A stretch of DNA of 63,062 bases, filler included, from Asterionella formosa (taxonomy: Eukaryota): NCBI GenBank assembly GCA_002256025.1. It is 5 parts of 5 records of this genome, joined end to end, with 100 filler letters (N's around TTAATTAATTAA, not from the genome) between each part and the next. Parts side by side here need not be neighbours in the genome. Positions count along the whole stretch, not along the records: positions 1 to 28,659 come from NKIB01001163.1; 4 more parts are not named here. The stretch is one strand, 5' to 3'. The position numbers were made by a program, and so were the translations under genes. Below the pieces are notes generated by a model. The model was given only the letters and a program-made list of their open reading frames with translations. It searched no databases and was not told the DNA's origin. Shown piece by piece: positions 12,953 to 24,268 of the stretch (its first letter is position 1; each line of letters starts with the position of its first letter).

Positions 12953-13070
12953 GACTACCCAATAATCGCACTTCCCAGAACCCTAGGGGCTACATGAAAA
13001 AGACAGGCAGAGAATGCAGGAATCGAACCCGCCGCCACAGATGGTGTGCTAACCACTAAGCCATTCCCCC
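12953..13070 (-). mobile_element. tRNA-headed SINE-like copy
   Basis: Reverse complement is GGGGAATGGCTTAGTGGTTAGCACACCATCTGTGGCGGCGGGTTCGATTCCTGCATTCTC..., with A box, B box and family 3' motif AAGTGCGATTATTGGGTAG. Confidence 0.7.
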
Positions 13071-13407
13071 TAATCAACTTTCCATAGGAATATGAACCAC
13101 GACATGAAGTACACATATCAAAGTCAGTACAAAATAATCAATTATGAGGGGGTTGCATTTTGAGCTGCTGCATCTTTCTGACATTTCATTTTCTCAAGGT
13201 TTCTCATCTTTTTGTAAAGAAGATAGAAATAATCATCTAAGCAAGCTACTACAGATTCAATGATGATTTCTCAAGTACTTTAGTTGTATCTTCAAAATTG
13301 AGCAAATGATGGTAACCAAAACAAATTATAGTGGCGATATCAATTTGGTTGTCAATATTAATGCAAAGAATTTTTTTTGAACAATTGCCTTCTCAATGCT
13401 AGGCTGC

Positions 13408-13700
13408 TAAGGGAATGGCTTAGTGGTTTAGCACTTTGCTGTTGATCTGAGGTTCTGAGGTTGATTCCCGTAATTTTTTTGCGAAGCAATTGTTGGGTTC
13501 GACTCCCATACTCCTTACCGTCCCGCACGGTCTTGCCTGGTGCGCAAGAAATAGTGTGTTGCCCCCCTACAAGCAGCTTGTGCCGCCTTCCCATGCGGTT
13601 GGCGGTTCCCCTAGCTAGCTAACGCTGCGGCTAAGATGATCACCTTTCGGTAAAGGTGGTTGGGGACTCACATACGCTAACAAAACTAGGGAAGCACAGG
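13408..13700 (+). ncRNA. tRNA-like head followed by GC-rich structured segment (putative Pol III RNA or SINE subfamily)
   Basis: A box at ~13415, B box GGTTCGACTCC at ~13496, several hairpins, and long-range pairing of 13577-13615 with 13686-13700. Confidence 0.4.
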
Positions 13701-14874
13701 TTTTGTCAGAAGGTAGCACAATGAAATATTTGCCTAGAAATAGGGGAGTACGAATGGGCTATAAAGCATGCTATTTTTTATGTTGGGCTGAAAAAGCAAT
13801 AGTAATTGTTCATTGTCATTTTTCGTGGAAATATTCAGTCCAATCAGTTTGTCATGGTCAAGACAGAGATGATGAATCATTGACCCCCCCTACTGCAGTA
13901 GTACAAAATCAAATTTGCTTATATATACCAAACCAATATACACATTGAGAACTTGTCGTGTGCAGATGGAATTTAGATTCCAGGGCAGGTAAATCACGTT
14001 TCGGCCTTCACACTTGCGATTTGTATGCTAAACCCCTAAATGCTCTTCGAATCATGTAAAACATATAATATACATTCTGCTGTTAGGCCTGCATATGTAA
14101 CTACCAGTACATAGTACTGGTATGTTGTCATTGTTGCAACCAGAGACCGGAATTTGATTCTTCATGCCTGTAGGGGCAGTAGCTATAGTGCACAAATGAC
14201 TTGTGGTAAACTTCTGTGTACACCTGTTAAGTTAAAACTAGTACCTAGTACACTGGTAGGCATTATGCTGCCAGCACGACCCATATTTTTTATCAATGGA
14301 AATGCACAATGACTTCCAGAATGGACCAGAATGGAAACTATGTCTGGATTTTCCTTTAATTTTCCCTTTGCTCTCGCTTTGGAAGATCAAGTGAATTCGA
14401 TTTGATAGACACTGCAGACATAGAAACTAGATCAACCATTTCACTTTAAATAGACTATGTAGATGTATAAATGGAGACCGCATGACACATATGATCTTTA
14501 CTTGGAATGACAGGAACAACTAATTCCATCACCTGGTCAGGAAAGAATTCTTCCCATTTTCGCATTTCCTCCCAAATCTGTCTGAAATATTGCGAAGAAG
14601 TTTATTTCTCTTTCCCTTTGTATCAAGACCTGTATTAATGAAATTGGTAAAGTTCATGGATCATTAGACACTCCTTAATAACAGAGAAGTTCATTAACAT
14701 CATTGGACTCGTTTTCACTTCCTTTGCTGCTGCACGCCATTGTTATTGAATGGAAATGGTTACATCTATATACCCGGTATACCATGCATATATGAAGGTA
14801 TATATACCTATACATGAACACAAAGATACCGGTATTACGCGCAGGCAGTCGCCACCCTCGGTCGTGTCTTACGT

Positions 14875-15060
14875 TCAGTACAGTACCAGGTACATCAAAT
14901 CACACACGATGCCTGGTACCTGGTACCTGGTAGTACCAGGTACCAGGTACTGGGAACAAGAACCTCTTGAGTCCCTTATATTTGGTACCGGTATACCGGT
15001 ATTAGTTGTCTTTGGTTTGGCATGCTACCTGGTACTCTACTACCAGGTACCAGGTACCAT
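14875..15060. repeat. GGTACC/TACCWGGTA array
   Basis: Dense cctggtacctggtacctggtagtaccaggtaccaggtac units upstream of the hydrolase gene. Confidence 0.85.
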
Positions 15061-15535
15061 GCTCCCATAGCTGGCTGGTATAACACATCATGTGATTCGT
15101 TACGCCAGTCAGGTTGTTACGATGACGGTGTCGGTGCACAAAAACAAGGAGACATCATCATGCATGTCATCATTTACAAAGAAATCATATATATATCGTT
15201 TTCAAGTTCCTTGGGTGACGCCATTTGGACGAAGAATACTATTGTACCGGTAGTCTACCCCTCTCGATCATATTGTTGTGAACTAAATTACCGGTAGTTT
15301 GGTTCGACCTAAGGGCGCTTCTGATTCTCTCCTCACCTCCTCGTTGATGCTTGAAGTCGTTATCGACTGAAAGGAATAATACAACATCATACAATCAGCT
15401 TCAATTACCGCGAGGGGAGTCGTGACGAAGCGAGCCATCGTGCCTTTGTTCGCATTCGGGTCGGGTGTCATCACACATCACAACGCTTTGGGCTCTCTAT
15501 ACCCTTCAAGAAAATATTACAGATCCACCGTCGAC

Positions 15536-16972
15536 ATGAATGTGAATGATCTCTTGCCGTCCTGGACATCATGCATCGCTGCTTACTTGGCCGTCGAAAT
15601 CTCATTCTACTTTGTTTTCAAGCACTACTTGATCCCCAGAGCAAATCAACGCACACAACCTCGGAGGTATCGCGACTACGAGACGCAACGCCATCGGCTA
15701 TTGAATCGCATTCTAGATAGACTTGAGCGAACATCCAAAATTACAGGAAAAAGCGAAAAACGCGTCCTCAACGACTTTTTACTGCAATTTTTTCACAAAA
15801 CGTCCAGGCACCCGCCACCACTGCAACGAATATCGTCGCATGCGTCATCGCCATATGCAAGTGATGATGAGCATCATCCACCAAGCGAAGAGTGGACTGA
15901 ACTGCATAAGGAAGATATGGATTCTTTCTTTGCATGGGCCTTCTTCAGCAAGGAATTTTCAGAATTGGAGCCCTGGGAACGACTAGAACTTAATAAGCTG
16001 TTTGACATTATGCAAGAACGCTGTCAGCTCAAGTTTTCAGCTGGTACTAGTGGAATTCATGTACCGAGACGCCTCAATTTGGAAGATGTCAGTCCTTTAC
16101 ACAGGCCGCTGCTAGTCTATGTAATTCTTCGAGTCATTGAACAATGCGCCGGCATCTTTCTTCGAATCATTGGTTTTCGACTGTGTACATCGAGATCTGG
16201 ACTTGTCTATTGGCACCGGGCAGGAATAGACAAGCGGCGACTACCTTTGCTATTCTTTCATGGTATCGCTCCCGGGGGTCAGCTTTTTTACCTTCCAATG
16301 ATCTTCGCATCCCTTGGCGATTCGGATCGAGCTATGTTTCTTTTTGAAAACCGACCAATTTCGTCCACCATTTGCTTTCATGCGTTGACAGAAGATGAGA
16401 CAGTTGACGGTATCACAGAAGCACTGGAGACTCATTTGGAAAGTCGGCATTCTCCTGTTACTTTGTGTGGTCACTCCTTTGGATCTTGTCCCATTACATG
16501 GGTGCTCCATTCGTCGCTGCGAAACAGAATAAGACAAGTTGTTCTCATTGATCCCGTGACTATTTTACTTAGTGAACCTGACGTGATGGTAAATTTTGTT
16601 TACTCCCGAAAACAAGTTGTCCCGCTCTCTGCAGGAGGAATCGATCGTACCAAAATCCAGTTGGTGGCGGGTTCGGAACTATTTACAGAGTACTATCTGA
16701 GGCGTCACTTCTCATGGTATAACAGCGAGCTTTGGCTCGAGGACATTCCCAAAAATGTGCAAGTTTTGGTTTGTATTTCTGAACACGACGAGATTATCAG
16801 TGCTCCTAAAGTGAAGAAGGAGATTGAAATCCATAACAGTCCTAATCTGCGTATGATTCATTGGGAAGGCGTTGGCCATGCTAATTGCATTGCTGCTCCT
16901 GAAAGCTGGCAAGAGATTCGAACAGCCATGCTGGAGCAGGAAGGGCTTGCATCGGGATTGAAAGAAGATTGA
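15536..16972 (+). CDS. Alpha/beta-hydrolase fold protein, membrane-associated
   Basis: LFFHGI oxyanion motif, nucleophile elbow GHSFG, Asp (SEHDEII) and His (GVGHA) candidates, N-terminal hydrophobic segment; first in-frame ATG at 15536. Confidence 0.88.
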   Translation: MNVNDLLPSWTSCIAAYLAVEISFYFVFKHYLIPRANQRTQPRRYRDYETQRHRLLNRILDRLERTSKITGKSEKRVLNDFLLQFFHKTSRHPPPLQRISSHASSPYASDDEHHPPSEEWTELHKEDMDSFFAWAFFSKEFSELEPWERLELNKLFDIMQERCQLKFSAGTSGIHVPRRLNLEDVSPLHRPLLVYVILRVIEQCAGIFLRIIGFRLCTSRSGLVYWHRAGIDKRRLPLLFFHGIAPGGQLFYLPMIFASLGDSDRAMFLFENRPISSTICFHALTEDETVDGITEALETHLESRHSPVTLCGHSFGSCPITWVLHSSLRNRIRQVVLIDPVTILLSEPDVMVNFVYSRKQVVPLSAGGIDRTKIQLVAGSELFTEYYLRRHFSWYNSELWLEDIPKNVQVLVCISEHDEIISAPKVKKEIEIHNSPNLRMIHWEGVGHANCIAAPESWQEIRTAMLEQEGLASGLKED

Positions 16973-17561
16973 TATTACCGCCATTTGTACGCAAGTGATG
17001 TGCATTTCTTGGAAAGATAGTCAGTTATTGTTTACTTAGGAAAATGTAGTTAAACATCACATCTGCACCACAGTTGCGACATCAATTGGTATGATCTCAA
17101 GTATTTTAGTATTCTCCTTCATGGCTACTAGTTGAAGTAAAACGCTTTTGGAGAATTTGATACCATTTCTACTCAGCTAGAATATGGAGTAGATGGACAA
17201 TTGCATACTGTACTTCATACTTTCCTTCTTTCAAGGTTTTCCTCGTCATTCCCTTCTGTTAGCTATCTAGCAGACTGAAAATATGGATATTGGTGACCAT
17301 CGCCATCTCATTTGATGTCAAGTCACTTGTGGATACCAAATTTCATCATTGCTAGCTTCAGTGCACAATATTACAGATATTTCAAATGGGATGGCATAAC
17401 TATGATAAAAAATTGAACTGAATTATTTCGAATTTTTTGGATTATTAGCGCCATTTGTATATTTTGGAAAGGAATCATAATATTTGAAAAACCCTCAATC
17501 TACACCTAAATGTAGCCGTATTTGTACATATTGGTCACATGTACCTCCACCATACTGCATC

Positions 17562-17888
17562 TGTTAACCATAGAATGACTCCACCAGAGGTACGTTGTCA
17601 TAATCCTCTGCTACTCCCCTTCATTCAAGCTGTTACCCAAGGTATGTGTGCCAAAAGATTACCCAGCGTTGCTGTGGAATCAATCATAAAATTTGAGCAA
17701 ATATGGCTGAGCATCTGTGTACTAGGAGGCTAGATCCACCATTGCAGGATATAGATATATCCCTGTTGGATATACTGCTGGTAGCAGTTAAATCCATAGG
17801 TTTAAGTTCCAGCACATACCTACATGCATATTGGACTGTTAACCATAGAATGACTCCACCAGAGTTATGTTGTAATAATCCTCTGCTA
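17562..17888. repeat. ~52-bp direct repeat pair
   Basis: ctgttaaccatagaatgactccaccagag...taatcctctgcta at ~17562 and ~17836. Confidence 0.8.
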
Positions 17889-17971
17889 ATACATAACAAC
17901 CAGTGGTAACCAATATAACTATTGTACCATATCACCATATGCATGCTGGCTGGACTAAGCAATGCTGCTCA

Positions 17972-18441
17972 GGGTACCTGCAAGCTGCGGTAATTTTGCT
18001 TGACTGGTCACATGGCAACTGTCATATGTGTATATGATTACCAACGTGAACATATAAATTACCAAGGCTTAAAACTTAACAGCTTTCGAGATGGCACGCC
18101 ATCACTTTTGCAATAAATATGATCACTTTGTCAGATGATATAGCAAAACATTTTTGATTTGGCAGATAAAATAAACTTTGCTTGAATCGAGCAATGGCCC
18201 AATGACCCAAAGTAAACTTTACTCGATTCAAGCAAAATTAACTTTATCTGCCAAATCAAAACATTTTGCTATATCTGCCAAAATGATCATATATAGAGCT
18301 TAAAATCTTATTCAAAATCATTCCACAAATCAATATTAACAGCATTATGCGCTGGGAAGTAAGTATTGGGTCAAAGGTGCGACTACATTTTAATTGCTGA
18401 GATCGTGATGTCAGTAAAATTACCACAACTTGCTTGTACCC
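17972..18441. mobile_element. MITE-like element with ~32-bp TIRs and a long internal palindrome
   Basis: GGGTACCTGCAAGCTGCGGTAATTTTGC on the left vs right-end reverse complement GGGTACAAGCAAGTTGTGGTAATTTTAC; inverted repeat at 18117-18291. Confidence 0.7.
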
Positions 18442-20433
18442 AAGAAGGTAGCACTTGTAAGCGCATATACATAATTATTTAGCTTAGATTATTTAATTCT
18501 TTTGTATATATATACACCGGTATAGCACTATGGAGTACTGTGTATCAGGTAGTCATCGTGTGGGGCGGGACAATGCATGGTTCATCATGTCGTATGTCTC
18601 AGCGTTGACCCATGACAAAAAGAACGAATATCTTCATGAAAAATGAGAACAAGCTTTGAAATTAGGTATTCCCTCTGTTCCAGTATGGTTGCAAAACGCT
18701 TAGCGACTATCCCGTCTTGATCCACATCCTTGAATGAAGCCATCTTTACATAGAAGCAAGCAATATATATTTTCTATGCGAGACGATGCAGGCTACATGT
18801 ATATCGGTTAGAATAGTATATGTAGGCGAATATAACGCTAAATAGCGATACATGTGCATCGTTTAGAGCTATTGATTTTCGTTGGCCAGCATACTACTGA
18901 CCTGTATATATGTGTGTACTATTGGCAATTACTACCGAAGAGATAAAGCTAAATAAAGTAACGAGTAGTATGCATTTCCGGACAAAAAATAATTTGTTCG
19001 ACAGACGTCGAATAATATAACTTCAGTTTTGTGCCCGCCCGGATTTATGACAAGCTGGTCATGTATGTTGAAGGTCTTATCAGCTTCCCTTTTGAAGCGA
19101 CCGATTGGCGATGTATTGTCGCTGTTCCGCGAAGGGGGGCGGGATCCAGAGAAAACATTCCAATCAAAAACGCTTCAAAAAATCGAGTTCAAGTTCAACC
19201 AATTTTAGCTTATTTAGAACATATATTACATACACCATGAGGTTCGAAATAATTTTTAAATAAGAGGGACTATTACCCTGAGAATTTTCGGAGCTTGCGC
19301 TTCATGAGAGGCAGTGACCAAAAGTTTGGTTGCAGCTATACCGGAACAGACGAGGGAGTACATATATTATGCACGATATTTAAAAATGATCGTAAAAGAA
19401 TAGCTGTAATAACACTTATCTTGACAACAAAACTTGAAATAGCGGATGGCGCATTTTAAAATGAAATTTCTAGATTCACAATTCAAAGAGACGATGTTAT
19501 CGGCAGATTTGACACTTTCGAAGCAGATGTACAACGACTACAAAAGGTTACTAAAACAATAAAATAATTATTTAAAGCAAAAGATGTCAAACAAGCTATT
19601 TATTAGCTTATATTTGATTGCTTGCTTTATAGACGCCGCAAAAAGGATACATTGCGAAATGGGAATGATGGTAGTAGTGTGATGGTGATGACATTTCAAA
19701 ATTGTTTGCTTACCAGTATAAGTACCGGTATGCATACCATTTATGATCTTCATTAGTCGACAGTCGATATACCTGGTAGCCAGCAGTATAGTATATCTAA
19801 CGTGAGTATGTGCTGCTCGTACATAGTCTATAATACTAGTTATATCGGGTTGCGGATATGATGATGCTGGCAGATATGAATTTCCAATCCCAACGACGTT
19901 GAAACGGTTAATTAAGATAGGTTGTTTTCATCACTTTGGCTGGAAAAGGAGAACAATTTTGAGTTTGGAGAGAATAAAGCAAAGTAAGCAAGGCTTGCTT
20001 ACTTTTGCTTACTCTTACTCACTATAGCTTACTTTTGCTTTTCTTTGCTTTGGGGTGCCCCTCCGTTGCCCTGGTCATTGTTGCTGTGCTTTGCCGTTTC
20101 CCTGTTTTGAAGAATAAAACTATCATAAAACCCAGGTCACTAAGAAGTGAATTGATGACGTTTTCTATGTATTTAACGCCTTTCCTGTGTCACATTATCA
20201 ATTTCAGCAAAATGACCGCAACTTGCTGGTACCACCACCCTTGGATGGTAGTTATACAAGTCCTGCTATCATAGCAGGGCAGCATCAGTTTTTCCCTAGA
20301 ATCTCCCTCCTGTTACCAGTAGCTACCGGTAGTCATATGCCCTTCTGTACTCACAAGTTACAGTACCAGGTACTACTCTACCAGGTAGCGTACCGCTGAT
20401 GGTTCCTGGTATCAGGTAGAGCACCTGGTGGTA

Positions 20434-20500
20434 CCACCTAAAAACCCCGAGAGCTAACATTTAATCACCCTATCTTCCAACTAAAATTATCGATGGTTCT
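20434..20500 (+). mobile_element. Left end of a pogo-type MITE (CCACCTAAAAAC family)
   Basis: TA|CCACCTAAAAAC..GAGAG and the downstream atcttccaactaaaa match 32847 and 35850; it follows a GGTAC array (20325-20435). Confidence 0.6.
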
Positions 20501-20829
20501 TAAATGATAAAATTTGAAGTAAGTAAGAGCTTTATTGTAGAAGATAGAAAGGGGATAGCTATCATGTAATGAGTTCTAAAGCACTCTGTAACATATAGTT
20601 ATAGAGATCAAAGCCATTTGATATCACCCATTTTGACTCTTGATATTGTCTATCAGTACACATTTTTAATGCAAAGCTTCTTAGCCCTAACTGTGTTTTA
20701 TTTTACTCAATTGTTACCACAAAAAGATTTTTTATTGCTTTTATTGATACTAGTATAATTGCCAGCATCAGATACCTGTGTTTTAAAATTGCCTATCTTA
20801 ACACCACCAGTATATGCATCCTTCAAGAA

Positions 20830-21087
20830 GGGAATGGCTTAGTGGCCAGTACACCTCATGAGGTGGTGGGTTCGATTCCTGCATTCTCCACCTGCTGTTC
20901 TTTTATGCAGTTCCTAGTAGGGTTCTGCGATGTGTGGTTGGCAAGGAAAAAGGTCCCATTTTACCATACTACAGACAAATAAAACCAGTACTCATAATTG
21001 TGTCCATTCAAGTGGGCACAAGTGCAATTATTGGATAGCCATGCCCCTTAACAATGCACAATAAGATTTAATCGACAATTATTATTT
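20830..21087 (+). mobile_element. tRNA-headed SINE-like element with target-site duplication
   Basis: A box and B box (GGTTCGATTCC), 3' ATT-repeat tail, flanked by ATCCTTCAAGAA at 20818-20829 and 21101-21112. Confidence 0.75.
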
Positions 21088-21766
21088 CACCAGTAAGTAT
21101 ATCCTTCAAGAAATCATTCTGACCTTGCATATCAATCACTTCAAGTTCTCATCATTCCGGTATTTCTCCTCTTGTTTCAACTCATTGCTTTAGTAATTAT
21201 GTTGGTATCTAGCATATTTTGTCCAAAACATGCATTTACTTGATTTAACATTGGCTCTGATTTTAAAATCTTGGTTTGGTGCAAGAATTACCTATTCATC
21301 AAGGCTATGTACCCTATAGATGCATGCATGCCCCTCGTGAACAAAGGTATTGCAGCAACAATTTTTGTTGTGTTCTTACTACATACAGACAGTCAGGCGC
21401 TAAATAAGAATTCCTCGTCAAAAAACAAACAAGAAGCAAGCCAACAACGAAGCAAACTCACAGCCAGCACAGAAAAACGTTGCTGTGCTTGCCAATTGCA
21501 AGCGCGCGCTGGGCGTCAAATGCGAGGCCACTCGCCTGCACATACATACATATGGGATGCATGATACTCGTCATCACAGTGCATCACGTTTCAAAGATGC
21601 CAAAATGAGCGAAATTCCCCCATCAGCAGTGCATACCGGTTTACCCGGTATACATATTGTGTGGGTGAATCAGCATGATTTCAGTTTGCCGATATTGATA
21701 TCTTCTTTACGGTATCATAGCAATCTTAATATTTCAAGCAGTTCTCACCTCATTGAACTGATAACC

Positions 21767-22937
21767 ATGGCAAAAACTAAAAAATCTCGCGGCAGTGCAG
21801 CTCGTACAAAAGCCATTGCTACTACCGGTTCTGTCAACGAGAATGAAGTAGCTTTGAAGATCGATTCTGGTCTTCGAGTGATTCACTATGCCATCATTTG
21901 GGTGGTGGTAGTGGGGCTGACCTTCATTGTGACTGCCTCGAGAAACCGTGTTGATATACTGGCTATTAGTGATGATGCAGGAACGAACATAACAAAGGTG
22001 TTGGCAGAAACTGCACCGGCAGGGGAGGTCGACGGAGGCGACAACGGTCCAACGGGAATGCTTGGGCGATTTGGAAGCTATCCCAACTTGTTGAATATTA
22101 CCGACGAAGAGCGCGACAGCTTTCACCCGGTAGTAAAGTTTCCTAAAATATGGATGGATGACAAAGACGAGGGAGGCAACAATAATAGAAAGCAAGTTTC
22201 AAGCTACCAGATTCTTGACTTGACAACGATTAAGGGTGCCGACCAACTTGCTTCGGTTGTCGAACGAGAGGAGCGTCGAGCGGGAAAGAAAGGCCTCCCA
22301 CAACAGATCAAAGGATATGCAATTGGGAGATACGATGAAAACAGAGTGAATCTATACTCCTCCGCACTATTTGCTGACACTTCTAATGACATTTCCGGTT
22401 TCACAGGAGTACGAACGGTCCATATTGGAGTGGACCTGGATGGCCCACTTGGGACCAAAGTGTTTGCCTTTACACATGGAATTATTCACAAATTAGGATA
22501 CAATGCTGAACTTGGGGACTACGGGAATGTGATTGTGGTTGAGCATTATCTGAAACCTGGGAATGATGGCAAAGAGCGGAAAATCTATGCACTTTACGGC
22601 CACTTGGACGGGAAGAGCATCAAGGGCAAGAAGGAGGGCCAAAAGATAAAGAAGGGACAAGTTATTGGTAGAATAGGAGATATTCACGAGAATGGAGGAT
22701 GGTAAGTGGGCGAACTATTTCACCACCTTGCGATGTTGGACCATGTTGTTCTCCTGGGAAATACTGCACTAACTTTTGAAACTTGACCACCAAAGGCGCT
22801 TATTACACACACACTTTCAGCTTTCAATGAATCCTCCAGCAACCCATGATATGCCTGGAGCCGTCTCAGTAAAGGATCGTTCACGGGCATTGCTGGAGTA
22901 TCCAGACCCCCGTTTAGTGCTTGGTCCCCTTTATTGA
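21767..22937 (+). CDS. M23 (lysostaphin-type) zinc metallopeptidase with N-terminal TM anchor; exons 21767-22701 and 22796-22937
   Basis: HxxxD motif HIGVD, DYGNVIVVEH and YALYGHL. Intron GTAAGT (22702)..CACTAAC..AG (22795) restores ENGGWRLLHTHFQL (HxH)...YPDPRLVLGPLY*. Confidence 0.88.
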
Positions 22938-23729
22938 GCATTTGTCATGTTCAAAGAATTTTTCTAGTCCACTCTTGTTGCATTGCTGACAAGCAGCTAG
23001 ACTCATTAACTACTTGTGCCATTTCCCCCTGCTGCATGAATTTCTAGATATATTACGACAATGAAGACAAAACATGTCATGTTCCTGCGCTGGTACTAGT
23101 AGCTAGACTACCATATCTGTCTGATGGATATTTTATCAAAGTTTTGGTTTTGATTTCCTCCCTATTGTAAATATCCTCCATCAATGTGCTTATCATCAAT
23201 ATTACATAGCGAAATTTTTTCTGGTGAAGAAACATTTCAAAAAATGTTTATGAAGATGAACATGCAATTAATTAACAAGAGGTGGGATAGAAGATTTGGA
23301 AAGTTCAATGTTCAATAAAATGAAACTACATGTATTCATAAGTATATTATTACAATTGGAGTTGCTGATGATGTAAGTAAAGCAATACATTTTTTATGGT
23401 ATGAACTAAAAGAAGGATTGAATGATCAAGTACAGATCATTCTCTTTACTTGGGTATCTAGCTATATGAAAGTTTGGGCAAAAAATCCAAAATCTAATTG
23501 ATCTGAAATAAGTAAAGTGGAATCAATTGTAAATCGATTTCTAGTTTAATATAAGCTCACAATAAAATAAAAGGAAACAAAATGTTGCTGTCAACATTTG
23601 ACTTGTCTACAAAGGCTAATCTATGGGTATGGAAATGCAGTACATTCAGGTAGCTCCTTGTTCTGAAAATGCGTCCCATATTATTTTTACTTCAACATGG
23701 TGTCGTAAGGAACTTAACAACCCCACTCA

Positions 23730-23790
23730 CTGGTACTGGTACCAGGTCCCAGGTACTGTACCTGGTACCAGGGGAGAGGTATACCGGGCG
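23730..23790. repeat. GGTACC array
   Basis: ggtactggtaccaggtcccaggtactgtacctggtacca, about 500 bp upstream of the helicase ATG. Confidence 0.8.
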
Positions 23791-24268
23791 GTTACCGCAT
23801 ATATCTATTTTTCGGAATGTAGGCCTGAGAAAGACACTGGTGAGCGATGCTGTGTAGAATGGAAAACTGACGACGTACGAGCGCTCTTTGGGGACCCGCC
23901 GCGCCAACCAAATATCATTTCATTTATTATACTGCACCGGCATGAACAAAAAATGAAAAAAATTCATACTCCTTTATGTGGTACCTGGTACTGTATACTA
24001 CACTGTACAGTCCCTACCAGGCTACATGGCACATGTGCGTAAGAATAATGATTATCAAGCTAATCATTGTCTAGCGGTACGCATATTTACTAGCAGACTA
24101 TCATTATTATATACCGGTAATATATTCAACCTGCCTGGTACGTAGAGCATAAAATATAGAAAAGCTATTCAGGGAACGACAACGCGATGCGTCGAGGATT
24201 ACCGGTTCGGTACAAATTGTCTTCACTTCATACGTAGTCACCGCCGTGATCACCATTTCTTCTTCACC

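Noticed and set aside
13008..13070. Functional tRNA gene
   Set aside because: Only ~61 nt, no 7-nt anticodon loop or variable region, and the copies diverge; treated as a SINE head.
21485..21766. N-terminal extension of the M23 ORF in the track
   Set aside because: Starts at a non-ATG codon and looks like UTR; ATG 21767 (ACCATGG) precedes the basic tail and TM helix.
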